Positions 1-13,694 of a DNA stretch of 64,000 nucleotides are shown here, in pieces. Numbering within the stretch: position 1 is the first letter of the stretch; every line of letters begins with the position of its first letter. The DNA is taken from positions 99,696,001 through 99,760,000 of the forward strand of contig OX597817.1 of assembly GCA_951406725.2 (NCBI GenBank), written 5' to 3'. Under the pieces are notes generated by a model that ran no database searches, had not been told where the DNA came from, and was given only the letters and a program-made list of their open reading frames with translations. The stretch comes from Octopus vulgaris. Lineage: Eukaryota. The translations under genes were made by a program, and so were the position numbers.

Positions 1-39
1 CACCATAACAACAGGACCAACAATAAAAAAAAAGGCAAA

Positions 40-390
40 AGATCCAACTGTGGCATATATTTTAACCTGACAGAAGGATCAGAGATCTGTTTCAAACAGG
101 GACAATTTTTCACAATAAGAAATAACTTTACCTGTACATCTGAAAACCTAATCTATCAAGATGTGGAAAACATCACATTGATCAAATGAGAAATGCTTTA
201 TGACAATGTGTCATACATAGATCACAAATTAAAATATGGGCATACAAATAGGACTCTGAGCTTATGCAAGCAAGAAACAATCAAACTTTACAATTTTCCC
301 TTGATATAAATTTAGTGATAATATAACTCAATGACAATGCATCAACATAGAAATGTCCTTCATAGCAAAATACCAACCATGTTTAAATTC
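40..390 (+). pseudogene. Decayed Penelope-like element GIY-YIG endonuclease fragment
   Basis: From 109 reads FTIRNNFTCTSENLIY, followed by frameshifted CGKHHI...IHRSQIK, matching the FTC.S.N.IY...C...YIG pattern of PLE endonucleases (compare 20820-21153 and 43640-43760). Confidence 0.65.
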
Positions 391-830
391 TTGTGATAGA
401 GGAAGGGAGACAACCATCACCAACACCACTTCAACCTTTACTAAATTTACCACAATGACTACTACTAGAAAGATGGACAATTGCTATAGCCACTCCGAGC
501 GCTTGCTGCTACTGTTCCTGTCACTTTCAGTAACAGCTGGCTACTACTACAGTCAATTGCTACCCAGCAGCAATCAGATGGAAAAGAAATACAGCACTAT
601 GCAATCATCATTAGAAAAAATGTGAACTTCAAGAACTGATATAATGAAAAATTAATTCAATTTAATTTATTTCAATTTATGTTTCCTTTTAGCTTAGCAT
701 GACTAGATCAACATTTTAAAGCAACTGAAACCAGTAGCTGTTTAGTTAAATTGTAAATACTGTCTTACTTTTCAAATAATTTTCTTGCTTTCATTTTTTT
801 CTTTATAAATTTACTCTTAAATCATAGTGT

Positions 831-990
831 AGCATGGCTATGTGGCAAGAAACCTGCTTCCCAACCACATGGTTCTGGGTTCAGTTCCACTGTAAGGCAC
901 CTTGGGAAAGAGTCTTCTATTATAGCCTCATGCTGAACAAAGCCTTGTGAGTGGATTTGGTTAACGGAAACTGAAAGAAGCCTGTTGTAT
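831..990 (+). mobile_element. tRNA-derived SINE family A (CORE-like; resembles octopus OR-type SINEs), 5' half
   Basis: TGGCTATGTGG A-box-like and GGTTCAGTTCC B-box-like motifs, then CACCTTGGG(C)AAG CORE-like motif; homologous to the complete copy at 53598-54000. Confidence 0.8.
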
Positions 991-997
991 AAATATA

Positions 998-1143
998 TTT
1001 CTACAGAAGGGCATCCAGCTGTAGAAACTCTGCCAGATCAAGATTGAAGCCTGATGCAGCCATCTGGTTCGCCAGCCCTCAGTCAAATCGTCCAACCCAT
1101 GCTAGCATGGAAAGCGGACGTTAAACGATGATGATGATGATGA
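998..1143 (+). mobile_element. 3' terminal fragment of the RTE LINE family with (GAT)n tail
   Basis: aagggcatccagctgtagaaac...ccaacccatgctagcatggaaagcggacgttaaac(gat)n matches the 3' end of the full-length element at 46190-46340. Confidence 0.85.
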
Positions 1144-1145
1144 TA

Positions 1146-1182
<37 letters not shown>

Positions 1183-1194
1183 TATATATATATA

Positions 1195-2430
1195 TATGAT
1201 GGCCATCCACTCATGACTGAGGAAGACTATTGCTGACCCTCAGGAACATTGTGCGCATTAGGAATAACTTATATTTTGCATTTGTGGCTCTGTTGGTGAC
1301 TTATGAGCCCTGCTTTTGACAAGCATACATGACAGCGAACATTGCAGACCAAGCTTTCCCCATTCACCACACCAGCAGTGCGCTTTCGAGCAGCACACTT
1401 GAGTTCTTCATGCAGAATATGTGCTCTCTCAAAAGTGTCAACCCCCTCCTTAAGCTGCTTCCTCCATCTGTGGTGATGACAGGCATTGCTCTCCCAGTCA
1501 GTTTCCTGCATATCACAGGCCTTTAAGGAGGACTTGCCAGGCTCTCTTTCCATTCACAAGTTCTCCATATAGCATGTGCTTAGGGATCCTACTATCCTTC
1601 ATTCTAATAAGGTGTCCAGTCCAACGTAACCAGTGATTGTGCACCATCACCCCAATACTTGAGATATCAGCTGTCCTCAGGAGTTTTTAAGGTCCAGCCA
1701 ATATGCAGAATGTGTCTGAGACATCTCTGATGAAAGCATTCAAGGACACTTACATGACATTTGTAAAGGGTCCATTTCTCGCATGAGTAAATGAGCGATG
1801 TCAGTACACATGCACAGTTCACAGCAATTTTTGTTTGCTTTGTGATGCCATGCTGGGACCAGATACGAGACAAAAGAGACTGGAAGGAATCAGTTGCTCT
1901 CTGCAGCCTGAAAAATATTTCATCATCCAGGGAGCAAGAACAACTGAGTGTGCTGCCCAGGTAGACAAATTTGTCTACCACTTTCAGAATTGTTCCTTCA
2001 ACCAAGACAGCTGGTTCCACATATGGATTTTCTGGTGCAGGCTGGAACATTACAACAGTCTTGTTCAGGCTAATGTTTAGTCCAAATGCCTTGCAAGAAG
2101 AACAATTATAATTCATAAGTATTTGCATGTCATCCACTGTATGTGCAACTAAGTCACAGTCATCTGCATAAAGGAAGTCATGAATAAGAGACTGGAAAAC
2201 TTTTGAATTGGCAGCAAATTGGCGCAGATTAGAAAGGCAGCCAGAAGATTGATACCTGACATATATTCCCATAGAGCTAACCTTAGCAAAGGCATGAGTA
2301 AAAACAGCAGCACAGTACAAAGAAAAGAGAGTTGGAGCAAGGATGTCACTCTGCTTGACACCATTCTCCACAGGAATGAGGCCTCCATCCCATCATGAAA
2401 TGATTTAATTATAGATACAAAGTGATCCAG
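1195..2430 (-). mobile_element. 5'-truncated RTE/BovB-type LINE, RT pseudogene (distinct from the 46-50 kb family)
   Basis: ORF 1667..2371: GVKQ..LAPTLF, LYADD, FGL.ISL.KT, FVYLGS; ORF 1269..1553 ends in a C2H2-like C...C.SKAGLISH.QSH tail; 3' end abuts (TA)n. Confidence 0.85.
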
Positions 2431-2597
2431 ACATATAGATCTTCTTATACAGGTAAATCGTTACATAATTTAATTTAAACTTAACTTTAAATCCTGTATA
2501 TATGAGGATCTGAATGTATCAAAACATTTGTAGTGATTTAAAAGCTGCCTAACCATACTTACTCTTCCTTTTGACTCTATTACTTTTTACTTTATAC

Positions 2598-2653
<56 letters not shown>

Positions 2654-2771
2654 CAGTAAATAAATGAATACATACCTACAGCGGTTGGACAAAATAATGG
2701 AACCATCTTAAAATTTCAAACAAATTTATTTTAATATGGGGTAGGACTGCATTTGGCAGTAATTACAGCTT

Positions 2772-5460
2772 GGAGTGGAGAAAGCAGTGTAAGAGCAGTC
2801 GACGGAAGAGAAGTATACTGTGAAGGTGTTACAGATGCGCAGATTGTGGTGCAGGGAATAAGGCTGATGCTGCGAGCAATTGTAGTTGGCCACTTGGTAG
2901 ATGAGATTGACGTGGTGATGGGGATGGATGCAATCACCTGTTTGGGAGGTGTCACCTTTAACGAAGCCGGTGTAACGTTCGGGTTTGCGGGGAAACCGTG
3001 TATGGCGAGACCATGCACTGGTGAGAACTGTGAAGAAAAGCATGCTGCACACACCATTGAAGACCAGGACATTCGGGCGTCTTCAATGGCCAGAGGTGGA
3101 CAGTGAAGTGGCACTGGAAGGGAGAACCCCCGATGTTAAAAAATAAAGTGGGCTGCTATCAGCGTACTCTAAAAGGAGATGCCAGAAGTGAGTTCGAGGG
3201 AGAGGTGGAGCGGTGGATTAAGGAGGGCATATTGATCCCTTGGGAAAAAGAAGAGAGCAGAGTCCTGCCACTGATGGCGGTGATACAGCCCACAAAGCAT
3301 AAGGTCAGGCCAGTGCTTGACTTCCGAGAGCTAAATGACCACGTATCATGTCATACAGGCGGTGAGGCCACAGATGTCTGCAGAGACACCTTGCGAGAGT
3401 GGAGACAGATGACAGGGGCCTCCACGATCGTCGATTTGAAGTCAGCATACCTACAGGTACATGTGGCTCAGAAACTGTGGAAGTATCAGCTTGTTAGGTA
3501 TAAGGGCCGGACGTACTCTCTGACCAGGTTGGGGTTCAGGCTGAATTCAGCACCAAAGATTATGGCAACAATTCTCAAGGCCATCCTGGGAAAGGTGGAC
3601 AGAGTAAAAAAGGGAACCAATTCATATATTGATGATATTCTGGTGGATGAAACCATAATGCCAGCAACGGAGGTCATAGGCCACCTGAAGCGTTTTGGAC
3701 TGATCGCCAAGCCACCAGAGGCAATGGAGGGAGGTGCTGCACTGGGCCTCAAGCTATGGAGAGACAAGGCCAGCGCACTGGTGTTCTGGTGAGGGAACGA
3801 GATCCTCAAACTGGGCACCAGCATGAGTAGATAGGAACTGTTCTCGGTGTGGGGGAAGCTGGTGGGACACTACCCAATTGCAGGATGGCTCCGGACAGCA
3901 TGTAGCTTCATCAAGAGATGAACCAAAGGAGTGAAGTGATATGAAAGAGTGGGGGAGAACACGACCGACATGATACAGGAAGTCTTGGTCAGAGTAAGAG
4001 CAGAGGATTCAGTGAGGGCAGTTGGTATGTTCCCAAATCAAAGAGCAGGATTGTATGGTGTGACGCCAGCAGCATCGCAATAGGGATTGTCTTAGAAGTG
4101 GGAGGTGTCATGGTGGAAGATGCAGCCTGGCTCAGGAAGACGGATGACTGCAATCATATCAATGTGGCGGAGTTGGATGCCGTGTTGAAGGGAGTGAACC
4201 TAGCCTTGAAGTGGGGGCTGCACACCATAGAAATCAGGACTGATTCGGCCACTGTACTTGGTTGAGTGATAGCAGTCATCACCAATGAGTAGATGGTGTG
4301 AACCAAAGGGGCTGCAGAGATGCTGGTAAAGTGTCAATTGGGGATACTGCGTGAACTAACCACTGAGTTCAATCTGAAGCTGAGTGTGATCTTTGTGCCT
4401 TCCAAGAAGAACAGGGCAGACATCCTGACCAGGGTAAAGCGAGCCTGGTTGCAAATGCCAGAGGATGCGGAGCAGGCTGTGGCTGCAGTATGCCATCTGA
4501 GTGACTCGGAGTTGAGGAGATTGCATACCATGCATCACAGGGGGGTGGACAGGACGTTGTTTCTAGCCAGGAAAGTTGACTCCGATGTAACAAGACGGAG
4601 TGTACAGAGAGTGGTTAGCAGCTGTGACAGGTGCCAGTCCATTGAGGCAGGAAGTATTCCAGTGGACCACGACTGGAAACGACTAGCAGTGGACATAACA
4701 CACTACCGGCAGGGGACATACCTCTCAATGGTTGACTGTGGACCGGGGCGGTTGGCCATATTGAGGGAGATGAAGATGGGGACCGCAGAGGAAATTGTGA
4801 AAGTATTGAATGAGATATTCCTGGAACGAAGCCCCGTGGATGAACTGCTTCTGGATAATGGCACTGCATTTCACTCGGAGGTGCTGAAAGAAATGCTTGA
4901 TGGGTGGAAGGTCAACCACTTCTTCAGGGCGGCATACCGGCCAAGTGGAAATGGGGTGGTGGAAAGGCATCATCGTACCATCAAGACCATGGTAGAGAGT
5001 GGCCACATTTCACCAATCAAGGCTGTATTTTGGTACAATATGTTGCCAAGGTCAGGACAGGCTGAGGAGTTGGTGCCACACAGGGCAATATTCAGGTACG
5101 AGTGGAGGCATCCATGTACTGTATCAATACGACCCGGGGCAGAGGAAGAGCATGCCTTCGTGCAGGACGGGGAAGAAGTTTGGGTAAAACCCCCAAATGC
5201 ACGGTGTACATCACAATGGGGAAAGGGAACAATAAACTCCACCAATTCAAAGAACAATGTCTCTGTCGATGGTATGCCATGCCACGTTTTGGATGTACTG
5301 AATATTGTCCAAGCCTCAGAGGATGGAACCAGCAGCAGTGGGCAAGAAGACGAAGACAACAACAGTTGGCAAGAAGATGAAGACAACATCAGTAAACAAG
5401 ATGATGAAGCCAGCAGCAACATGCCAGGAACTCAGGCCAGTCCTAGAGTCGTACTGTGAC
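2772..5460 (+). pseudogene. Ty3/Gypsy LTR retrotransposon pol (protease-RT-RNaseH-integrase), disrupted
   Basis: Protease C-part (VVMGMD), RT (RPVLDFRELN, DLKSAY, YIDD), RNase H (WCDAS, HINVAEL, TDS), integrase (H-H-C-C, VDI, LLDNG, NGVVERHHRTIK) in Gypsy order; several stops and frameshifts. Confidence 0.92.
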
Positions 5461-5578
5461 CACAGAGGGAGCAGCACCCTCTTCCCTGGTTGGCTGATTA
5501 TGAAACCAGTTAAGGTGTGAGTTCGGGAGCGAGGAGTGAGTGGGAAAGCCGGCTGAATGATCTGTAGATCAGGGGGCG

Positions 5579-5875
5579 TGTGGTGTTAGTGGTGTTACAG
5601 GCTGTGATGAGCTATGTGGTGTTGGTGGAGAGGATGACAGATGAGGTGGGTGGAAGTAAGGCTTGCAGGGGCCAGTGGAAGAGTGAAAGGGGCATGCGTG
5701 GGCAGGAAGCATGTGTGGTCAGCAAGCACATGTGGTCAGTTCCAGCAAAGAGCGCAGAGCGAAAAGATGTGTTGAATTTGTGAGAGTGACCGCTGATTTC
5801 GCCGAGGTAAGGCCTTTTGTATTTCTTTCCCCCATTGCTTCTTTTTCTGTTGTTCTTTTCCTCCATCACACTACA
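5579..5875 (+). repeat. 3' LTR of the Gypsy element
   Basis: Purine tract AGGGGGCG directly before TGTGGTGT; ends ACACTACA (inverted terminal match 7/8, TG...CA); no 5' LTR present. Confidence 0.7.
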
Positions 5876-6224
5876 CAACACTAATAATAAATCAAAAAAC
5901 ATAAAAATAAACAAGCTTTTGATGGTTTTATAGATATTTCAAAGTTATGATGCTAGGTGTTTCCATTATTTTGTCCAACCCCTGTATATATTACTAAATG
6001 AATGATAAAAGAACAGGAGTTACATAATCATATTCATTGACTTACAGTTATGTTTGTTATAAGAAACTCATATTTGACAGACAGATAGATATAGATATTT
6101 ATGTTTATATGTAAAAATATATACATATTCATGCATATATGTACATGTGTATATATACATACATGTATATATATATAAATACACACACACACACACATAT
6201 ATATATATAATATTAACTAGCACA

Positions 6225-6740
6225 TCCAACATAACTTGGATGTGTTGTTAATACTGCCCTAGTAGACTGGGGTGAACATTCCCCCAAAATCGTTTTGTAT
6301 CGACAACAAATGCTAAGAAGCATTGAAATTCTATTAGTTGACAAAATTTTGTCACAACCAGTGGATGGCAGACCTGTATTATGTGATTTCATGATATAGT
6401 GTATTATAGTGTACTACAGTGTAGTATAGTATATTATCAGTGACAAAAAATCAGTCAAGCTGATACAGAATAATACTGGCCAAACAGCCAGTAGTATCAC
6501 AAAGAGCTTGCATGCTGTGTATAAAATTAGCTATTTGTGAAAGAAGCAGGTTTTGTAACAAATATTAATTAACACATCTAACATAACTTGGATGTGTTGT
6601 GTATAACATTGTAACTGCAGTGAATGTCCTGAAAAATCATTGTGTAGATGACAAATGCTAAGAAGCATCAAAATTCTATCAATTGACAGAATTTCATCAG
6701 CACTGGTGAATGGCACTACTGAATCACATGATTTCACTGT
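6225..6740. repeat. Diverged tandem duplication, ~350 bp period
   Basis: aacataacttggatgtgttg at ~6228 and ~6580; acaaatgctaagaagcat..aaattctat at ~6306 and ~6651. Confidence 0.7.
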
Positions 6741-7055
6741 ATTGCGGATCATCATCAGAAACTAGCCAAGCACCAAATGCCAGACCAAAATGTGCTGATT
6801 AATATTCATTACAAAGGTTGTTTCTGTCGCTAATAGCTAATTTATATACAGCCTACCAGCTTTTTTGCAACATGACTTGCTGTTTGCCCAGTATCACTCT
6901 GATTGATTTTCAGTCTGGCATTCAGTGCATGGCTATATCAAAGTGCATATGTGTGTATGTCTTAGTGTACCTGTGTATGTGTCAAAATATATGTATATAT
7001 GTATCTATATATACACATATGTTTGTGTAAGTGTACGTGTATATATGTGTATATG

Positions 7056-9152
7056 CAGAGATGGGTACCACTAATCGAAAAGTTGACTTTGTTAATTGTT
7101 AATTCTTTGAAAATGCAACAGAAGTCAACGTCAATCCGTTAATGTTAACTTTTAAAGGTATAACTACAGTTTAATACCCGACCAACTTTGTTGCCTCATA
7201 ACTTCCAGAAAAAAATGGATACTTTTTAACAAAACTTTCACCAAATAATTGCTTATATCCTGTAGATTGAGTGTATCTAAAGATTTGTTGGGAAAACATT
7301 TTCTGAGGGGTTGGGGAGAGGAGTTTTAGAAAATTCACAGGACCCGACATTTTCCCCTTTATAACATCCTGGAAAACAGGTATCTTTTAATGAAATTTTA
7401 TATAGATACCTTTCAAACAGTGTAGATTACAATTACAAAGAAATTTGTAGGCAAAATGTTTGGAAGGGGGTAGGGGGAAGAGTTTCTGGAAAACAGAGTT
7501 TTGGATCAGATGGCCCACATAAGATGGAATTTCTCCATTTTGATAGAGATTTTTTCCAATGTTTTTCACCAAAGTCTTCAAAATTATGGGAGGCATCTTT
7601 TCATGGAAAAAAAAACTTTGAAAATTTTTTTCGCTCTCATAACCCCCTCACCACCCCAGTCTGAAACGATTTTGGCCATTTTGTTTTTTCACTACGCACT
7701 TAAAACCTGTGAGAGAAACATTTTCAGTTTAAAAAAAAAAATTGTTAATAATTTCAGAGGAAAATGTGTGATTTAAAGGAAATCTGGCAGTTGTTTCTAG
7801 CACATCCCAAAACATTCCTCCTCGTTTCTTTCTCACTCACATATCTATTGATATTTCTCAATATTTTTCTCCCCATAAAAAAATTTTTATGGAATGATGA
7901 TGTCAAAGTAACACATGTGTAGTTCCAACTGAGTGAGGCCATGTTATGTGTGTGTGTAATGAAAAAAAAAAACATCTAGAAACATCTTTAGTGTTCATAT
8001 TAATCTATCAAATGTTTTACTCATTTGTTCACGTTATTTTGAATTATTCAGGTTCAAGATACTTGCTTGTAAATTTTTTACATACAGATTTGAAATTTTG
8101 TCAGTGGGTGCTTTATATACCACTGGTTTATAGTTATGTAATTTTAGCTCATCTTACTGAGTAAATTTTCATGGGCAGGTAAATTTAATTAACATGTGTA
8201 AAATCAATAACATTATGGATAAACACTAAAATTGAAATTTTTAATGCATCTTACCTATTTGATTTGTTACTAAAATTATCCCAGATGGCAACCAACAAAA
8301 ATTTTGCCACTTTTGAAGATGATGTACTTTAATTTGAATTAATTGAAATACAGGTATTATTGGTACAAGATTTTATTCTTTCAGTAAATATTTTGTATCT
8401 AGGTGTGGAATAATTTTTTTGCTCAGTTTTTTTTTTGGGTGCATTTACTGTAGCTAACCTCCAAAGTATCTAACCTTCCGCAATGTATCTAACCTGCCGC
8501 AAGTTACTTTTTTCAGGAAAAGAAAGGTGGGTGGGGTGGTGGGAACCTCAAAGTTTCCCACCAAGGGAATTTTGTTTTGTGGGTCTTTTTGTCTTTTCCA
8601 GGTTATTTTGCATGCTTTCAACGAATGTGACATCAAAATCACATGCAAATGGCTCCTTTTCCCAGAAAAGGAAATATTTTGTTGCTATTTCTAGCATGTC
8701 TCACTACCTCGTAACAGCTATTTGCATTCACACCAAAATATTTGCATTCACACCGAAATATTTACCAACTTTTTCCTTCCATTTATTTTTTCCCCTTTAT
8801 GGGAGTCAATATTTTCTCTGTTGACATCCACCTCACTGAGGTCATGGATCAACTGGAAACGCATCAATCACTGTTCCCTCTTGATAGGACAAAGAAATTT
8901 CCCACTGTCTTTGCAAGCAACAAGCGGGTGGATTTGGTTTCAAATCCAGCCAAGGCCAAATGAGATCCCAGAAGTTATTTATAATAATAAGTGGTCTTAT
9001 AGCGGAGTTGAAAGAATGACGTGTACAATATTAAACATGCTAAGACAATCTGAAAACAATAGAAAGTTTTAAGTGTTTACTGGTTTTTATGAAATTTTAT
9101 GAATTTAACGGACTTGAGTTAATGGAAGCTAAATGTAACAGAAGTTAATTAG
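7056..9152. mobile_element. Non-autonomous DNA-transposon-like repeat (hAT-like CAGAGATGGG end), composite
   Basis: Starts CAGAGATGGG with GTTAA/TTAAC subterminal motifs; 8555-9150 is homologous to 22900-23450. Confidence 0.5.
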
Positions 9153-9899
9153 ATGTCTTGCAAACAACTTGCACATGCAAGTGCTACCAGTCAAAAGCTC
9201 TGTATACATGTATAAGTATGTATATGTATTTGCACGCACATGTGTGTATGTGTGTGTGTGTGTGCATGCATGTATGTATATATGTATATGCAAATGGTTT
9301 GATACTCTTTAACAGTAACTTCAGGAAACAACAGCAGCCTGAATACCTAATCTGGTGGGCACACAAACCAAACTGACTACGTTCTCACTAGAAAACAGGG
9401 CAAGACAGATGCTTGTAGATGCAAAGAATGTTCTACATTTCATAGATTAGTGGTTAATAACTCCAGACTTAGAACTAGAAGGATTCACAGAAACACACCG
9501 GTCTGGAAAAGAAAGATATGGAAGCTCAAAGGCCCAGCAAACAGTAAGAAATTTAGAGACATACTAATTTAAGTATTTGGCAAAAAGAAGGAGTTAGAGA
9601 CACAGAACACAGAGGACAACTGGAAGTTTGCACAGATCTTCCAGTTGTTCTGAGAGTTCCAGACCAAATCTGTAACTGGAACAAGGGTGATCAGACCAAG
9701 GGTGATGTAATAGTGGAACAGTGAAGTAAATTAAGCTATAAAAGTGAAACGACAGGCCTGCAAGTGGAAGAAATGAGAGTAATAGAGAAATATAGCAGAT
9801 AGCAAGAAGTGAAGCTAGGCGACAGGTTTACATAGCAAAGAGGGAATTAGAAAGGAGGGGATTTATTTATGTTCTACAACATGAAGATTACAAGTGTGA

Positions 9900-11015
9900 G
9901 GTGTTCCAGATTGCAAGACAGTATATCAGAGAAAATGAAGTTGTTGTGGGTAAAAAGTACAAATGGATAATGATGTACTTGCACTTAGTGATTCTGAAAA
10001 GATAGAGGCATGGAAGTGCTACTACGAGAGGCTATTGAACATGGAAATGTCTGGGAGAAAGAGAGTCTTTCCAAGGCAATTAAGGATATGTAGATAGGGA
10101 AGCCCCTAGTACCTCAGAAATTACCACAGAGATACTTAAAATAATTAGCGGGGTAGAATATGGCCAAATCACCTATATAGTCAATCAGGTTGTACAGCAT
10201 TATAGTCAGCTGTAACAAGTGTAAAGAAGATGCCTTCAATAGAAGTAATTATTATCAAATGGTTGGACCAGATCATGAAAATTATGAAGCAAGTTACAGC
10301 TCAAATAATTAAGAAAAGAGTTAGACTAGATGAGATGCAGTTTGGTTTTGTGCCAGGAAGAAGTAGTACTAATGCCATCTTCTAAATAAAACAATGCAAG
10401 AGAAGTTTTAGCTAAATACTTCACCTTTGTACTTGGCATCCATTGACTGAGAGAAAGCCTTCAACAGGGTCCTTTCCTTTGTGATCTGGTGGTTTCTGAG
10501 GAAGATAGTGGTAGATGAATGGCTGTGAAAGCCATACAAGCATGTATAGGGATACCATCAGTAAGGCAAGAGTCAGCATGTGTACAGCACTTAATTTAGA
10601 GTACAGATAAGAGTTCACTAGAGTTCAGTTCTCTGTCCCCTTCTATTCATCACTGTCTTCCAGGCCATAACAGAAGAATTTAAGACCAGCTGAACTTGGG
10701 AACTACAACATACTAATGATCTCACTCTGTAACAGAACTAGGAAAGGCATTCTAGATGTGGAATCAAAGGGCCTTAAAGTTAACTTAGCAAAGACAAAGT
10801 TCTAGTAAGCAGGAAAATGGACAGGAATCTACCTACATAAAAAGCACTCATGCCAGTGTCCAGCACACTCTGTAAAGTAATTGGTGTAAGGAAAGGCATC
10901 TAGGCATAGAAACCATGCCATAACAGACAAATGGAGCCTGGACCACTCTCCCACTGGTCAGCTTCTGTCAAACCATCCAACACATGCCAGCATGTTAACT
11001 GATGATGATGATGAT
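9900..11015 (+). pseudogene. Old, heavily decayed RTE LINE 3' half
   Basis: Remnants of VFRVARQ, LDEMQFGFVPG, EKAF, QAITEEFKT motifs of the 1055-aa ORF; ends with (GAT)n. Confidence 0.85.
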
Positions 11016-11049
11016 AACATGAGTACAATTTGAGGCAAGGAGGAAACAA

Positions 11050-12170
11050 ACAAAAATGCATAGAATCAGACAACCAAAGCACATAGCTGAATAATGTAGA
11101 AACAGAAAGTGAGAAAAGAACAAAGATGTGTACAGTAAACCTTAACATGTCAAAGGAGTAAATAGAAGAAATTCTGATGTTTCAGGTGATACCTGTCATC
11201 AAGCAGAATACAAAAAGAAGCATATAAAAAAGAACTGAGAGGTAAGAGAATCAAAAAAATTTATGATACCAAATATGATGTCTGTCCAGAAGATGGTATG
11301 AAAGCTGGAAAATGGAAAAGGAGAACCAGAAGTGGAAGCACAATCTGGGTTACAGTAGCTTTAAATTGAGAAAGAGTGATGGAGCAAGGGAGAGAGAGAG
11401 AGAGAGAGAATAAGAAGAGTGAAAGAGGAGAGAAAGTAAAAAGAGGGAGGGTGAATGGGAGAAGGAAGAGAAAAAGAAAAGTGGAGGGTGAGAAGTAGTG
11501 AGGGAGGGAAATTGAGAGAAGTAGTGGGGACCACACAATACCAGTAGTTGTGCATGTGCATAGATACACGGGACATGTGTGATAAAAAAGAGATACCAAT
11601 GTGCAATATATTTGTGTGGTGTCTTACGATATAGAAGAATGTGTGAGGGGATGGTAGGTTAGAGATATGTTTGTAGGTTCAAGGTGAGATGATATGTATG
11701 TCAGTATGTTTGTGGGTGCATGCACATGAAGTGGGAAGTTGTGTCCATATGACCATGTAATTTGTGGCATGTTCAATGTTTATAAATGTATAGATGGATA
11801 GGAAAGTGTGGGTGCAGTCTGTGAGATGGGTGTGTAAAAGTGTGGTATACCATGATGGAATGAATGTGAGAGGACGGAACATGGGGCGGTGGAGTGTAGT
11901 TATGTTATCCTAGCCACACTTTTCATACACAAAGGTGGAGAGCAGCCAAGGTGGAAGATTAGGCATTGTTCTTTTTGGTAGCGAGAAGTAAGGGATTTGT
12001 GGTGTGAAATAAAACCAAAGACTGATAGATGAGAAATAGCATGTACAAGAGAGTTGAAAAAGCATCCAACTGGCGATATGGTGTTCTTTAGGTAAATGTT
12101 ACATAAATATTCAGAGATAGAATCCAGTAAATGTTTTTAGTGGTGCAGGTAAAATATAGAAGTGATATTG
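11050..12170 (-). mobile_element. Decayed Penelope-like element 3' end with hammerhead remnant
   Basis: Minus strand near 12150 reads FTCTTKNI; downstream (11170-11210) ttctgcTTGATGAcaggtatcacctGAAACatcagaa. Confidence 0.5.
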
Positions 12171-13663
12171 GTTGCGTCCCAAGAAGCAGGCTACTAACCC
12201 CAAGATTCCAAGTTCAATTCCAGGCAGTGACCTGAATAATAATAATAATAACATCCAAACTGCTACCTAAGAGAATGAAGAATATTCGAATTAAGACTCA
12301 AATGGCTGACTTGCAGAAAAGTGGAATCCTGTATTCTGCAAGAATCCTAAGAAAGATTCTTAAGATTTGAAGAGACTTGTTATGCAGCCTCAGGAAAACA
12401 TCCTTGCTAAATAATATACAGCATGTAATAGTTTTAATAAAAGTAGTAATAATAATCAAAATATATTTATTGTACAAATATACAAACAACATTTCAAAGA
12501 ATTCAAAACTGAAAGTAGAGGATTAAAACAAATCTATATAATAATCTGCTTATTCATTCGATTGTCATATTTTAGTTAGAGAAGTGGAAGTGGAGTGAGT
12601 GAGAGGTGGAGTAAAAGTGGTGAGGAATGTGAATAGAGAAAAAAGAAGAGAGGAGTATAATAATAACTAAGGCTAAATGCATCACATGGTTAGTTGAAGG
12701 GAGAGGCCAAGAGTGAGAAAAAAAGACAGTAAGAGAAAAGAGGGAGAGAGAAGTGTTAATGATGTGATGTAGGGTGGGGAGGTAAAGAGAAAGAGATATG
12801 TTAGGATACAATATTTAGCAGAGGGTGGTGAGGTTAAAGACAGAGAGAGATCGACAGAGGTGGCAGTTACATTGAGAGAGAGAGGGTGGGGGCAGGCAGA
12901 TAGCCTTTGTATTGTCAGAGTAGGGATACATCAACAACAAGAAAAAGTAGATACAAACAAATGGCTGAACTGAACTGAAATGAAATGAGCTTTGTTACTA
13001 AAGAATATAATGATGATGCTGGTGGTGGTGGTGCTGGTACTGGTGGTGGTGCTGGTGGTTTTGTATTGAGAGTAAAAAGAATTTTTTTATGGAACTAATT
13101 CTATATAAGAGGGTACTGAATGCAGACAGATCTGATATTATCCCTCATTACACAGGCATTGCAATGGAAATGAGATAGAATGATAAAGGCAAAATGGGTA
13201 TTCTTCTATTTGTTCACACTTTACACTTTAGTCTGTTAGAGAGGGGGGAGGAAGGGGAGGAGGAGATGGAGGGGGATGTGGAGGAGACGGAGGCAGAGGA
13301 GGAGGGAGTGGGGTAAGAAGAAGAGGGAATGTGAGAGTGAGTGAGAGAACAGATAGCCAGCGGATGCATTATGCAAAGAGAAAGAGAAATGTTAATGACA
13401 TGAAGAGAGGAATTACATGGTTAAAAAGTTTGTTGAAGGGGTAGAGAGAAAGAGAAATATAAAGAGTTTAGCAGAGGGAAATTTCAAAATCATATAATAT
13501 ATCGTTATGATTGGAAGTGAAATAATTTAACAAATTAAAAATAAAAATGCAAATCACCCTTTCTTTCTTAAATAGCTTCCCTTAGTCTTTTCCATTCTGT
13601 GGAATTTCCATGGATCTCACTAGAAAGGAATAAAGTTACAAACTACTAACCGTGAATCGTTTT

Positions 13664-13694
<31 letters not shown>

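Larger units (their letters stand above)
2679..5984. mobile_element. Tc1/mariner-type TIR pair (internally deleted element) enclosing a Gypsy fragment
   Basis: cagcggttggacaaaataatggaaccatct (2679-2708) vs reverse complement of 5955-5984 caggggttggacaaaataatggaaacacct, 27/30 identical, each flanked by TA. Confidence 0.85.

Noticed and set aside
8483-9072. Similar ORFs at 8.5-9.0 kb and 22.8-23.3 kb suggesting a paralogous gene pair
   Set aside because: They are two copies of a non-coding repeat; the frames are not conserved and there are no domain motifs.
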